Under the pieces are notes generated by a model. It searched no databases. It saw nothing but the letters and a program-made list of their open reading frames with translations, and had not been told where the DNA came from. A stretch of 64,000 bases of DNA, from NCBI GenBank assembly GCA_963792415.1, contig CAWBVY010000006.1:384001-448000 (forward strand), in the 5' to 3' direction. This stretch comes from Candidatus Deferrimicrobiaceae bacterium (GTDB taxonomy: Bacteria; Desulfobacterota; Deferrimicrobia; Deferrimicrobiales; Deferrimicrobiaceae). Made by a program: the position numbers and the translations under genes. This document shows positions 52,560-61,746 of the stretch, piece after piece. The first letter of the stretch is position 1; each line of letters begins with the position of its first letter.

Positions 52560-53758
52560 CCGGGGAGGAACTTCCGGCAGACCGCCCGCCAGACAGCGGA
52601 GGCGATCGAGTCCTTGGCCGCCATGGCGAGATCGAGCGCGGTGCCGTCGGAGAAGTAGACGCGGACCTCGTTGCTGTCGGCCTCGAACCCGATGTCGGTC
52701 CGGGAGACGTCGTTCACGACGATCGCGTCGAGATTCTTCCGGCGCATCTTCTCGATCGCGTTTCCCTCGAGGTCGTTCGTCTCCGCCGCGAACCCGACGA
52801 GCACACGACTCCCCCTGGACCGCCCGAGGGAGGAGAGGATGTCCTCCGTGGGGACCAGGGAAATCCGTCCGTCGAACGTCTCCTTCTTGATCTTTTTCGA
52901 CGCCGCCGACTCCGGGCGGAAGTCGGCCACCGCCGCCGCCATCACCACCGCGTCCGCCGATTCCGCCGCCGTTCCCACGGCCCCCATCATCTCCTCCGCG
53001 GACCGCACGCGGATCGTCTTCATGAACGGGGGATCCGGCAGCCGGGTCGGTCCCGCGACGAGTGTCACGTCCGCGCCGAATCGCCGTGCGGCGACCGCCA
53101 TGGCGAACCCCATCTTGCCGCTGGACCGGTTCGTGAGGAACCGGACCGGGTCGATGTCCTCCGCGGTGGGCCCCGCCCCCACCACGACTCTCTTCCCGGC
53201 GAGGATCTTCTCCGCCACGAGGATGCGGGCCATCTCGACGATCTTCTCCGTGTCGGCGAGGCGCCCCGGCCCCACCGTGCCGCAGGCGAGTTCCCCCTCG
53301 TCGGGGTCGACGAACGTGAACCCCCGCTCCAGGAGGACCTCCACGTTTTCCCGCACCGCCGGGGAAGCGTACATCTGGCTGTTCATCGCCGGCGCGAGGA
53401 GAACCGGCGCGGCGGTGGCCATCACCACCGTCGAGAGCATGTCGTCGGCGATGCCGCCGCGGATCTTCCCGAGGATGTTCGCGGTGGCCGGTGCGATCAT
53501 CAGGAGGTTCGCCCGCTGCGCGAGGGAGATATGCCCGATCTCGGACTCGGTGATGAGGTCGAACAGGTCCGTATAGACCGGGTTCTTCGAAAGGGTCTGC
53601 AGGGTGAGCGGCGTGATGAAGCGCGCGCCGGAGGCGGTGAGGATCACGCGGACGCCCGCGCCGTCCTTGCGCAGCGCGCGGACGATCTCGCACGCCTTGT
53701 ACGCGGCGATCCCTCCGGTGACCCCGAGGACGATCTCCTTGCCCGAGAGCATGGTCAT
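52556..53758 (-). CDS. coaBC: bifunctional phosphopantothenoylcysteine decarboxylase/ligase
   Basis: GVTGGIAAYK, APATAN, PAMN, LACG, DPVRFLTNRSSGKMG, AAVADF, GFAAET. Confidence 0.97.
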   Translation of the reverse strand: MTMLSGKEIVLGVTGGIAAYKACEIVRALRKDGAGVRVILTASGARFITPLTLQTLSKNPVYTDLFDLITESEIGHISLAQRANLLMIAPATANILGKIRGGIADDMLSTVVMATAAPVLLAPAMNSQMYASPAVRENVEVLLERGFTFVDPDEGELACGTVGPGRLADTEKIVEMARILVAEKILAGKRVVVGAGPTAEDIDPVRFLTNRSSGKMGFAMAVAARRFGADVTLVAGPTRLPDPPFMKTIRVRSAEEMMGAVGTAAESADAVVMAAAVADFRPESAASKKIKKETFDGRISLVPTEDILSSLGRSRGSRVLVGFAAETNDLEGNAIEKMRRKNLDAIVVNDVSRTDIGFEADSNEVRVYFSDGTALDLAMAAKDSIASAVWRAVCRKFLPG

Positions 53759-54411
53759 CCGCCTGCGTCCTCCACCGTGAAGAATGGGTTCCCGCGCTTT
53801 TCATCGCCCACGGTCGTGGCCGGGCCGTGCCCGGGAAAGAGAACCGTCTCTCCGGGCAACGTGAAGATCTTTTCCCGGACCGCGCGCAGCAGTTCGTCGA
53901 GGGAGCCCCCGGGAAGATCCGTTCGCCCGATGGACCCCTCGAAGATGAGATCGCCCACGAAGGCGAGGTCCCCGGAAAGGTACGTCACGTGCCCGGGCGT
54001 GTGCCCCGGGGTGTGGAGAACGCGGAAGGCGACGTCCCCCAGGGAAACGGCATCGCCCTCCCGCACGAGCACGTCGGGGGGCGGAGGGGCGGGGACGTGC
54101 AGCCCGAACATCGCGCCTTGCCGGCCCGCCGTCCGCATCTGGTCCGCGTCGGACGGATGGATGTGGATGCTCGCACCCGTTCGCTTCTTGAGGGCGGCCA
54201 CCGCCCCCACGTGATCGAAGTGGCCGTGGGTGAGCAGGATCTTGTCCAGGGTCCATCCCCGTGCGCCCAGCTGGCGCAGGATCTCGTCGGCCTCGTCGCC
54301 GGGGTCGATGACGACTGCCTTCCCGCTCGCAGGGTGCCCCACGATGTAGGTGTTCTCCGCCAGCGGGCCGACCTCCATCGCCAGCACCTGGAGCGGCCGG
54401 GCATCCGTCAC
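53755..54411 (-). CDS. MBL-fold metallo-hydrolase (YcbL/GloC-like)
   Basis: IDPG, THGHFDHVG, TPGHTPG, GDLIF.GSIGRTD, PGHG; GTGA overlap. Confidence 0.92.
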   Translation of the reverse strand: MTDARPLQVLAMEVGPLAENTYIVGHPASGKAVVIDPGDEADEILRQLGARGWTLDKILLTHGHFDHVGAVAALKKRTGASIHIHPSDADQMRTAGRQGAMFGLHVPAPPPPDVLVREGDAVSLGDVAFRVLHTPGHTPGHVTYLSGDLAFVGDLIFEGSIGRTDLPGGSLDELLRAVREKIFTLPGETVLFPGHGPATTVGDEKRGNPFFTVEDAGG

Positions 54412-56906
54412 AGCTTCTTCCCCCACGACACGAACAGGTCCGTATACTCCGAGGCGAGCAGCGAAGCCGCGCGGCCTTCTCCTGACTCGACTACCAGGTG
54501 GAAGTACGCCTCGTCCTGGCTCGGGTAGACCAGCGCCCAGTCCTCCCCGTCGAACACCTTCACCCCGTCGATGAACTGGCTCGGCTTCCCCTTGGCGTGC
54601 TCCGTCAGCATCCGCATGAGGGACCCCTTGTTCTCCCAGGCGCAGGGGATCTTCCGGTGGATCAGGACGGTCGGCGGGATCTCGCGCAGGATGTCGGACA
54701 GTCCCTTCTCCTCGGCCACCAGCAGCTCCATGATCTTCACGATCGCGAACATCCCGTCGAAGGCCGGCTGGAAGCGCGGGAAGACGAACCCGCCCGCCCC
54801 GTCCCCCGCGAAGGCGACCCCCTCTCTCGCCGCCGTCTCCATCAGCGACCGCGGCAGCGTCCGCGTCCGGATCACTTCCATCCCGAAGCGCGCTGCGATC
54901 TTCTCAACGTTCCGCGAGGCGGTGACCGGGACTCCCACCAGCCCCTGTCCAGCCTGGCGGCAGGCGAGGAGGCAGACCACCTGCAGCGCCGTCGCGTCGG
55001 GGAGGATGTCCCCCTTCTCGTCGACCAGGAAGATCTTCTCGCCGCCGGCGTCGAGCATCACGCCGATGTCGGCGGACAGGGAGCGCGAGATCGTCGCGAG
55101 ATGGCCCATCCCCTTGTCGAACTCTTCCTGCGACCGGGTGATGCGGGACGGATCGAGGATGGCGTTCAGCGCCACCGTCTCCACCCCGAGCTGCCCGAGG
55201 ATCTTCGGGAAGATGACGGCGGAGGAACCGTAGGAGTAGTCCAGCACGATGTTGTAGTTCCGCTCCTTGATCGCCCGCGCGTTGACGGATTTCGCGAACG
55301 AGTCGAGGTAGAGATCGAATCCGCCCAACGGGAAGGTGATCGCCCCCGTCTCCTCGATGTCGGCCCGGACGAAATCCTCCCGGAAGAACATGTTTTCGAT
55401 GTTCTTCTCCAGTCCCATCGGCAGGTCGAGGCCGGAATCGTCGAAGAACTTGATGTCGATGAAGGAGGCGTTGAACGGGCTCTTCCGGATGTGGACGCCT
55501 CCCCGCTCCTCGGTGTGGGAGCGCGAAAGGAAACGCACGACCGGAAGGGGTGTTACGCCGTAGTCGTGCACGTCGACGCCGACCGACAGCATCCCCGTCA
55601 TGATCGAGCGGTTGATCATGCGCGACGCCTTGTGGCTGTCCCGGCTGGTGGAGAGGACCACCTTCCTCCCGAACGTGGCGGCGTAGGCGGCCCCGACCTT
55701 CGCCGCGAACTCGGGGGAGATCTCGATGTTCGCCAGCCCGACGATCCCGTAGGCGCCGAAGAGGGAGCGCGCCCACTTCTCCCCCCAGATGAGCGAAGAC
55801 GACAGGACCGCCCCGTCCTCGACCACCTTGTGGGGCCACACCTTCACGTTCGGCTTGACCACCGCATCGGTCCCTATGACGCAATGGTCGCTGACCACCG
55901 CCCGCTCCGCGAGGAAGGCGCCGGGCCCCACACGGACGTCGGATCCGACGATGTCCTCGAAGATCCGGGCCCCTTTCCCCACCGACACCCGCTCCCACAG
56001 CACGGAGGACTGGATGACCGCCCCGTCCTCGACGGCGCATCCATCGCCGACCACGGAGTTGCTCATCGTCACCCCGGACCCGACGACGCAATTCTTCCCG
56101 AGGAGCACGTTGGAAAGCTCCGCCGTGTAGTCCACCTTCGACCCCTCGCCGATCCAGACGCTCCGCTCCCCGGCCTTCTCTCCTTCGAAGCTCATCTTCA
56201 CCTTCCCCGCCAGGAGGTCGAGGTGGACGTTCAGGTACTCGTCGAGATTCCCCACATCCTTCCAGTACCCCTCCGCGACGTAGCCGAGCAGGCGGTCGCC
56301 GCGGGCCAGCATGGCGGGAAAGAGGTTCTTGCTGAAGTCCCAGTTCTTCTTCGGCGGGATGAGGTCGAGCACTTCGGACTCGACGATGTAGATCCCCGTG
56401 TTGATCGTGTCGGAGAAGACCTCCCCCCACGTCGGCTTCTCGAGGAAGCGGACGATACGGCCGTCCTCCTCGGTGATCACGATGCCGTACTGCAGGGGAT
56501 TGGGGACGCGCGTCAGGACGATGGTGACCGCCGCCCCGCGTTCCTTGTGGAAGTCGATCGCCTGCGACAGATCGAAGTCGGTGATGATGTCCGCGCTGAT
56601 CACCATGAAGGTTCCGGAGAGCCGCTCCTCCGCGTTCTTCACCGCCCCGGCGGTGCCGTAATCCGCCTCGGCGTTCACGTAGTGCATCCGGACCCCCCAG
56701 GGGGCCCCGTCCCCGAAGTAGGAGCTGATCTTCTCCGGATAGAAGTGGAGCAGCACCTCGAGATCCTCGATCCCCTCGGCGGCCAGCAGCCGGACGACGT
56801 GTTCCATCATGGGGCGGTTCGCCACGTGCGCCATCGGCTTGGGGAGCTTCTCCGTCAACGGGCGAAGCCTCGTTCCGAACCCTCCCGCCATCACGACCGC
56901 CTTCAT
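54408..56906 (-). CDS. mannose-1-phosphate guanylyltransferase fused to hexapeptide repeats and a phosphomannomutase-like domain
   Basis: MAGGFGTRLRPLT, PKPM, GTAG, FLEKP, NTGIY, YWKDVG; LbH repeats; phosphohexomutase-fold C-terminal half. Confidence 0.9.
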   Translation of the reverse strand: MKAVVMAGGFGTRLRPLTEKLPKPMAHVANRPMMEHVVRLLAAEGIEDLEVLLHFYPEKISSYFGDGAPWGVRMHYVNAEADYGTAGAVKNAEERLSGTFMVISADIITDFDLSQAIDFHKERGAAVTIVLTRVPNPLQYGIVITEEDGRIVRFLEKPTWGEVFSDTINTGIYIVESEVLDLIPPKKNWDFSKNLFPAMLARGDRLLGYVAEGYWKDVGNLDEYLNVHLDLLAGKVKMSFEGEKAGERSVWIGEGSKVDYTAELSNVLLGKNCVVGSGVTMSNSVVGDGCAVEDGAVIQSSVLWERVSVGKGARIFEDIVGSDVRVGPGAFLAERAVVSDHCVIGTDAVVKPNVKVWPHKVVEDGAVLSSSLIWGEKWARSLFGAYGIVGLANIEISPEFAAKVGAAYAATFGRKVVLSTSRDSHKASRMINRSIMTGMLSVGVDVHDYGVTPLPVVRFLSRSHTEERGGVHIRKSPFNASFIDIKFFDDSGLDLPMGLEKNIENMFFREDFVRADIEETGAITFPLGGFDLYLDSFAKSVNARAIKERNYNIVLDYSYGSSAVIFPKILGQLGVETVALNAILDPSRITRSQEEFDKGMGHLATISRSLSADIGVMLDAGGEKIFLVDEKGDILPDATALQVVCLLACRQAGQGLVGVPVTASRNVEKIAARFGMEVIRTRTLPRSLMETAAREGVAFAGDGAGGFVFPRFQPAFDGMFAIVKIMELLVAEEKGLSDILREIPPTVLIHRKIPCAWENKGSLMRMLTEHAKGKPSQFIDGVKVFDGEDWALVYPSQDEAYFHLVVESGEGRAASLLASEYTDLFVSWGKKL

Positions 56907-56936
56907 GTCGAATCCTCCACGGAGGAGATGCGCCCC

Positions 56937-57614
56937 CTACAGGATGCGGACAAGACGCGACACCCCGAGATACCCGAAGGTGAGGGCGAAAAAGACGAGA
57001 AACGCGGCGCAGGCGCCGACGACGCCGCGGTAGACCCGGTCGGTGAACCAGCCCCGCCCCGCCGAAACCGCCCCGCCGACGAAGAAATACCACGCCGCGT
57101 CGGACAGGATGTGGCCGGAGAAGAAGGCGAGGACGCCCCGCCATCCCTGTCCGCGCGAAAGCAGCAGATACCCGAGGCCGATCGTCGCCCACCAGAGCGA
57201 CCAGTACGGGTTCGAGGCGGAGGTGACGATCCCGTCGATCACGGGACGCACCCCGCCCGATCCTTTCCCGCCCCCCGGCCCCTCCGGGGAACCGGACGGC
57301 GAGGCGTCGAAATGGAGCGTGCGGACCTCGCGGGCCATCCCCGCCGCCATCCGGAGGAGCATCGCGGAGCCGAGCAGGGCGATCGCGATGACCGCCGCGT
57401 CTCCCCGGATCCACTCCATCAATCCGAACAGGAGGAGGCAAACGAGCGCCGCCTCGAGGATGGCGTGGCCGAGGACGAGCAGCGGCGCGGCGGAAAAACC
57501 GCGGACCGATGCGTGCCGGATGGTGACCGCAAGGAGAGGCCCCGGCATCATCGCCCCCGAGAGGCCGATGATGAAGGAAGACACGAAGATCGCCGCGGGA
57601 TGACCGAAATCCAT
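56937..57614 (-). CDS. LysE family transporter
   Basis: GLSGAMMPGPL, GHAILE, SNPYW.LWWATIG, GHILSDAAWY. Confidence 0.9.
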   Translation of the reverse strand: MDFGHPAAIFVSSFIIGLSGAMMPGPLLAVTIRHASVRGFSAAPLLVLGHAILEAALVCLLLFGLMEWIRGDAAVIAIALLGSAMLLRMAAGMAREVRTLHFDASPSGSPEGPGGGKGSGGVRPVIDGIVTSASNPYWSLWWATIGLGYLLLSRGQGWRGVLAFFSGHILSDAAWYFFVGGAVSAGRGWFTDRVYRGVVGACAAFLVFFALTFGYLGVSRLVRIL

Positions 57615-57675
57615 AGTAAAATTTATAACACAAATCGTCGCCCGGGATCGGTCCGGGAGACTGGAGGAACCCCCC

Positions 57676-58089
57676 TTGCCAGGCCGGAATCCCCTCCCCA
57701 CCGCAGACGTCCTGATCGAGGTGGGAGACCGCGTCGTTCTGGTCCGCCGGAAGTACCCGCCGCCAGGGTGGGCGATCCCCGGCGGGTTCGTCGAGGCCGG
57801 GGAAACCGTCGAAACCGCGGCCGTCCGGGAAGCGCTCGAGGAGACGGGCCTGCGCGTGACCCTCACAGCGCTGCTCGGCGTCTACTCCGACCCGGCCCGC
57901 GACCCCCGCCACCCCACGATCTCGACGGTCTACGTCGGGCGGGCCTCAGGCGCTCCGACGGGCGGGGACGACGCTTCCGAGGCGCGCCTGTTCGGCGAGG
58001 GCGACCTCCCCTCCCCCCTCGCCTTCGACCACGCGAAGATACTGGCGGACTACTTCAGGTACAAGAAGACCGGCCGCCGCCCCCTCTGA
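57676..58089 (+). CDS. NUDIX hydrolase
   Basis: WAIPGGFVEAGETVETAAVREALEETG Nudix box, RDPR, GDDA, LAFDH; GGAGG before TTG. Confidence 0.94.
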   Translation: MPGRNPLPTADVLIEVGDRVVLVRRKYPPPGWAIPGGFVEAGETVETAAVREALEETGLRVTLTALLGVYSDPARDPRHPTISTVYVGRASGAPTGGDDASEARLFGEGDLPSPLAFDHAKILADYFRYKKTGRRPL

Positions 58090-58097
58090 GCGATTGC

Positions 58098-58230
58098 GCG
58101 GGGTGACTCGCGGGGGGCTTCCACTCCGCTACGTTCGGGACCTGCGTCCGCTCACTGCGATTCCGCTCGACGCAAGCCCCGCATCGCTCCATACGCCGCT
58201 TCGTGGAACCCCCCGCTGCGTCACTCCCGC
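58098..58230. repeat. bulged long-hairpin intergenic element between convergent genes
   Basis: GTGAC/GTCAC, GCGGGGGG/CCCCCCGC and TTCCAC/GTGGAA nested stems with TC/TGC bulge. Confidence 0.55.
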
Positions 58231-58242
58231 TTGGCGCGCGTT

Positions 58243-59439
58243 TTACGCGAGGGCCTTGACGGCCTGCTCGATGCGGTCGATCCCCTTCTCGATGTTCTTC
58301 ATGGACATCGCGTAGGAGAGGCGCTGGCACGCGTCGTCGCCGAACGCGATCCCGGGGACCGCCGCCACCTTGTGATCGTCGAGCAGGTACGCCGACAGGG
58401 CGGAGGAGCTGTCGATCACCTTGCCCCCGGGCGTCTTCTTCCCGTAGCACCCGGAGAAGTCCGGGAAGACGTAGAACGCCCCCTGCGGGAGCAGGCACGA
58501 CACGCCCGGCATCTTGTTGAGCCGGTCGGTGATGAAGCGGCGCCTCCGGTCGAATTCGGCGACCCACGCCTTCTGGAAGTCCTGCGAGCCGTTCAGCGCC
58601 TCGACGGACGCCTTGTCGCAGAACGACACGGGGTTGCTCGTGCTCTGGCTCTGGATGTTGTTCATCGCGGCGACGAGATCCTTGTCCGCGGCGACATACC
58701 CGATCCGCCACCCGGTCATCGAGTGCGACTTGGAAAGGCCGTTCACGAGGATCGTGCGCTTCCTCACCTCCTCGCCCAGGGAGGCGAAGGAGGTGAACTG
58801 GAATCCGTCATACACGAGCTTCTCGTAGATCTCGTCCGACAGGACGGTGATGTCCTTCTTCACGATCACCTGGGCCAGCGCCTCGAGCTCCGCCCTCGAG
58901 TACGCCGCCCCGGTAGGATTGGAGGGGCTGTTCAGCACGAAGAGCTTCGTCTTCTTTGTTATCGCCTTTTCCAGCTGCGCGGGAGTGATCTTGAACCCCG
59001 CGGCCTGCTTCGCCTCGACGATCACCGGGGTGGCGTCCGCCAGCAGCGCGATGTCCGGGTAGGATACCCAGTAGGGAGCGGGGATGATCACCTCGTCCCC
59101 GTCCTCGAGGAACGCCTGGGCGACGTTGTAGATCGAGTGCTTCGCGCCGAGGGAGACGATGATGTTCTCCCGCTTGTATTCGAGGCCGTTGTCCCGCTTG
59201 AGCTTGGCGAGGATCGCGTCCTTGAGCTCCGGCGAGCCGGGCACAGGGGTGTACTTCGTGTACCCGTCGTCCAGCGCCTTCTTGGCGACGGCCTTTATGT
59301 GGTCCGGCGTGTCGAAATCCGGCTCCCCGGCCCCGAAACCGACCACATCGATCCCCTGCGCCTTCATCTGCTTCGCCTTGTTCGTGATCGCCAGCGTCGG
59401 CGACGGCTGAATCTTCCCCACTCTCTTTGCCAGCTTCAT
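58243..59439 (-). CDS. PLP-dependent class I aminotransferase (aspartate aminotransferase-like)
   Basis: GEPDFDTP, GAKH, PYWVSY, NSPSNPTG, SDEIYE, SKSHSMTGWRIGY, GAFY. Confidence 0.95.
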   Translation of the reverse strand: MKLAKRVGKIQPSPTLAITNKAKQMKAQGIDVVGFGAGEPDFDTPDHIKAVAKKALDDGYTKYTPVPGSPELKDAILAKLKRDNGLEYKRENIIVSLGAKHSIYNVAQAFLEDGDEVIIPAPYWVSYPDIALLADATPVIVEAKQAAGFKITPAQLEKAITKKTKLFVLNSPSNPTGAAYSRAELEALAQVIVKKDITVLSDEIYEKLVYDGFQFTSFASLGEEVRKRTILVNGLSKSHSMTGWRIGYVAADKDLVAAMNNIQSQSTSNPVSFCDKASVEALNGSQDFQKAWVAEFDRRRRFITDRLNKMPGVSCLLPQGAFYVFPDFSGCYGKKTPGGKVIDSSSALSAYLLDDHKVAAVPGIAFGDDACQRLSYAMSMKNIEKGIDRIEQAVKALA

Positions 59440-59930
59440 TTCCGTCTTGCTCCTTTCATCTTCCGGAATACGAGTTCCCGTACCAGGGGCGGTACCAGGT
59501 CGTCGATCTTGCCGCCGAACATCGCGATCTCCTTGACGATGTTCGAACTGATGTAGGAATGCCGCTCTCCCGTCATCATGATCACCGTGTCGATGTCGGG
59601 GGCGAGCTTCCGGTTCATGTGCGCCATCTGGTACTCGTACTCGAAGTCCGAAATCGCCCGCAACCCCCGGACCAGGATGTGGGCGCCCTGGTCGCGCGCG
59701 AAATCGACCAGGAGGCCGCGGAACGCCGTCACCTCCACGTTCCCCCAGGGACGCGTAAGCTTCCGCAGCATCGTCTGCCGCTCCGCGGAAGAGAACATGA
59801 TGTTCTTCCGGATGTTCAGCGCCACCGCGACGATCACCCGCGAGAAGACCCTGGAGGACCGTTCGATGATGTCGAGGTGTCCGTTCGTGGGGGGATCGAA
59901 CGAGCCAGGGTAGACGGCAACGGTCCTCAT
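59436..59930 (-). CDS. coaD: pantetheine-phosphate adenylyltransferase
   Basis: YPGSFDPPTNGHLDII, RGLRAISDFEYE, ISSNIVKE. Confidence 0.97.
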   Translation of the reverse strand: MRTVAVYPGSFDPPTNGHLDIIERSSRVFSRVIVAVALNIRKNIMFSSAERQTMLRKLTRPWGNVEVTAFRGLLVDFARDQGAHILVRGLRAISDFEYEYQMAHMNRKLAPDIDTVIMMTGERHSYISSNIVKEIAMFGGKIDDLVPPLVRELVFRKMKGARRK

Positions 59931-60523
59931 CGATTCTCCTGTTTCTTCCCGACCGGCGGCGCCTGCCCGCGGGGACCGGGAATGTCGTACAGGGTGATCC
60001 GCGTATCGCCGTACCGGCGTTCGACCCGCTCCCGCCAACCGGGCGGGAGCGTCTCCACAGGATCCCGGGTCGCCCGCTCCGCCACCACGACGGCGCCGGG
60101 GGCGAGAATGCCGGCGCGGGAAAGCAGCTCCGCCGCCAGGCCGACCAGCCCCTTGCCGTACGGGGGGTCGAGGAACACGAGATCGAACGTCCTTCCCTTC
60201 GCGGAGAGCCTCCGAATCGCCTCCCGGTAGTCGAGGGGGAGACAGACCGCGTCCTCCGCCTCCAACGACGCGAGATTCGCCCTCAGCGCGTGGAGCGCCG
60301 CCGGGGAAGATTCCACGAGCACCGCTCCGGCCGCCCCTCGCGAGAGGCCTTCGATCGCCATCGCGCCCGTCCCTGCGAAGAGGTCGAGCACGGCGGATCC
60401 CTCCACGTCGTCGGCGAGGATCGCGAAGACGGCCTCGCGGACCCGGTCCGTCGTCGGCCGCACGGAGGTGCCGCGCGGGGCGCGGATCGTTCGCCCCCCC
60501 CACTTCCCGGCGACGACGCGCAC
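59927..60523 (-). CDS. rsmD: 16S rRNA m2G966 methyltransferase
   Basis: RVVAG, RPTTDRVREAVF, LDLFAGTG, EGLSRGA, FLDPPY, RRYG. Confidence 0.95.
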   Translation of the reverse strand: MRVVAGKWGGRTIRAPRGTSVRPTTDRVREAVFAILADDVEGSAVLDLFAGTGAMAIEGLSRGAAGAVLVESSPAALHALRANLASLEAEDAVCLPLDYREAIRRLSAKGRTFDLVFLDPPYGKGLVGLAAELLSRAGILAPGAVVVAERATRDPVETLPPGWRERVERRYGDTRITLYDIPGPRGQAPPVGKKQENR

Positions 60524-60544
60524 CTTCGGTGTTGCCTGGAAACC

Positions 60545-61633
60545 TTACTTCTTCCCGGCGAGCGCCCCGGCGACGATCTTCGCCGTGCCGACGGCCCGAA
60601 ACGCCTGGAAGAGCGACTTCGCCTCGTCGTACGCCGCCTTCTCGATCATTGAAGCGAACTGCGCGGGGACGGCGTCGATCTCGGCCTTGAACGGCTTGGT
60701 CGCGAACTTGATATCCTTGCCGGCCTCTCTGGCCCAGTCGCGCATCCTCCCCATCAACTCCGGCGGGAGCCCCGCGTGGGCGACGTTCTGCCACTGGGTG
60801 CCGACGTTCCCCTTGCGGATCCCGTATTCGGCGAACTTCCCGATGAGGTGGAGCGGCGTCCCGGTGATGCCGTGCTGTGCGATGGAGACGCCGAAGCGGT
60901 CGTGGATGGCCCGATAGATCTCGCCGGTGCGATCGAGGTCGATGGAGATCTTTTCCCCCTCCAGGTAATTGCCGTGCTTGGACCCGTTGTTGATCGCGAG
61001 CAGGTCCGGATGGATCCCCGCCGCCGTCAGCCGCTCCATGAGATCCACGGCCTCCTCGACGGTCGACAGGTGGGCCTCGGTCCCCGCCGACTTGATCTCC
61101 CCCACTTCCACCTCGAGGCCGAGCTTCCGCTCCACGATGGGCCCCGCGAGGCTCGCGGTGATCCGGGCGTTGTCGGGGATCTCGTTGAAAGACGCGTCGA
61201 TGGCGAAGCTCGTGTACCCGGCCGCGAGCTCCGCGGCGATCAGCGCGCGCGCGCCCTCGACTTCGGCCTCCGAAGTGTTCTTCACGGTGATGTGATCGCC
61301 GTGGATGACGAAGGGGGTGTCGAACTCCGCCCTTTTCGCCGCCGCGACGATCGTGCGGACGAAGATCTCCGGGGTCATCCCGGTGTAGCCGCCCTTCAAA
61401 TCCCCTTCCGACTTCGCCAGTTCGAACGCGACCACGGCGTCCAGCTCCTTCGCCGCCCGCATGATCCCGGGGATGACGAGGGGGATCCGGATGTTGCACG
61501 CCATGACGATCGTCTTGTGGGACGCCAGGGCGCGGTAGACGTCGCGCCCGTTGACCGGGCACGCGGGATTCCCCGGGGGAATCGCCTTTGCCGCGTTTTC
61601 AGGGACGAACCGCGTCATCGACTTGTAATCCAT
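60545..61633 (-). CDS. class II fructose-bisphosphate aldolase family protein
   Basis: IHGDH, FAIDAS, EVEVGEI, LAINNGSKHG, QHGITG, KGNVGT; AAGGAGG SD. Confidence 0.88.
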   Translation of the reverse strand: MDYKSMTRFVPENAAKAIPPGNPACPVNGRDVYRALASHKTIVMACNIRIPLVIPGIMRAAKELDAVVAFELAKSEGDLKGGYTGMTPEIFVRTIVAAAKRAEFDTPFVIHGDHITVKNTSEAEVEGARALIAAELAAGYTSFAIDASFNEIPDNARITASLAGPIVERKLGLEVEVGEIKSAGTEAHLSTVEEAVDLMERLTAAGIHPDLLAINNGSKHGNYLEGEKISIDLDRTGEIYRAIHDRFGVSIAQHGITGTPLHLIGKFAEYGIRKGNVGTQWQNVAHAGLPPELMGRMRDWAREAGKDIKFATKPFKAEIDAVPAQFASMIEKAAYDEAKSLFQAFRAVGTAKIVAGALAGKK

Positions 61634-61659
61634 TGGACCTCCTTCAGGCCGGCCCCCCC

Positions 61660-61688
61660 ATTATTGAAATTTTGGGCCCGCTCGTCAA
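61660..61688 (-). promoter_or_regulatory. candidate sigma70 promoter of the aldolase-rsmD-coaD operon
   Basis: TTGACG-17 nt-AATAAT. Confidence 0.5.
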
Positions 61689-61746
61689 CCCGCCCGTCAA
61701 GCCGGCCGGTCGCGTCTCCCGCGGGGAGCGTGGTAAACTCCGTCCG

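Noticed and set aside
41933-58106. Very long antisense ORFs (e.g. 41933-45397, 54498-58106, and 25555-28491 elsewhere)
   Set aside because: Shadow frames of real genes caused by stop-codon scarcity at high GC; no motifs or SD.
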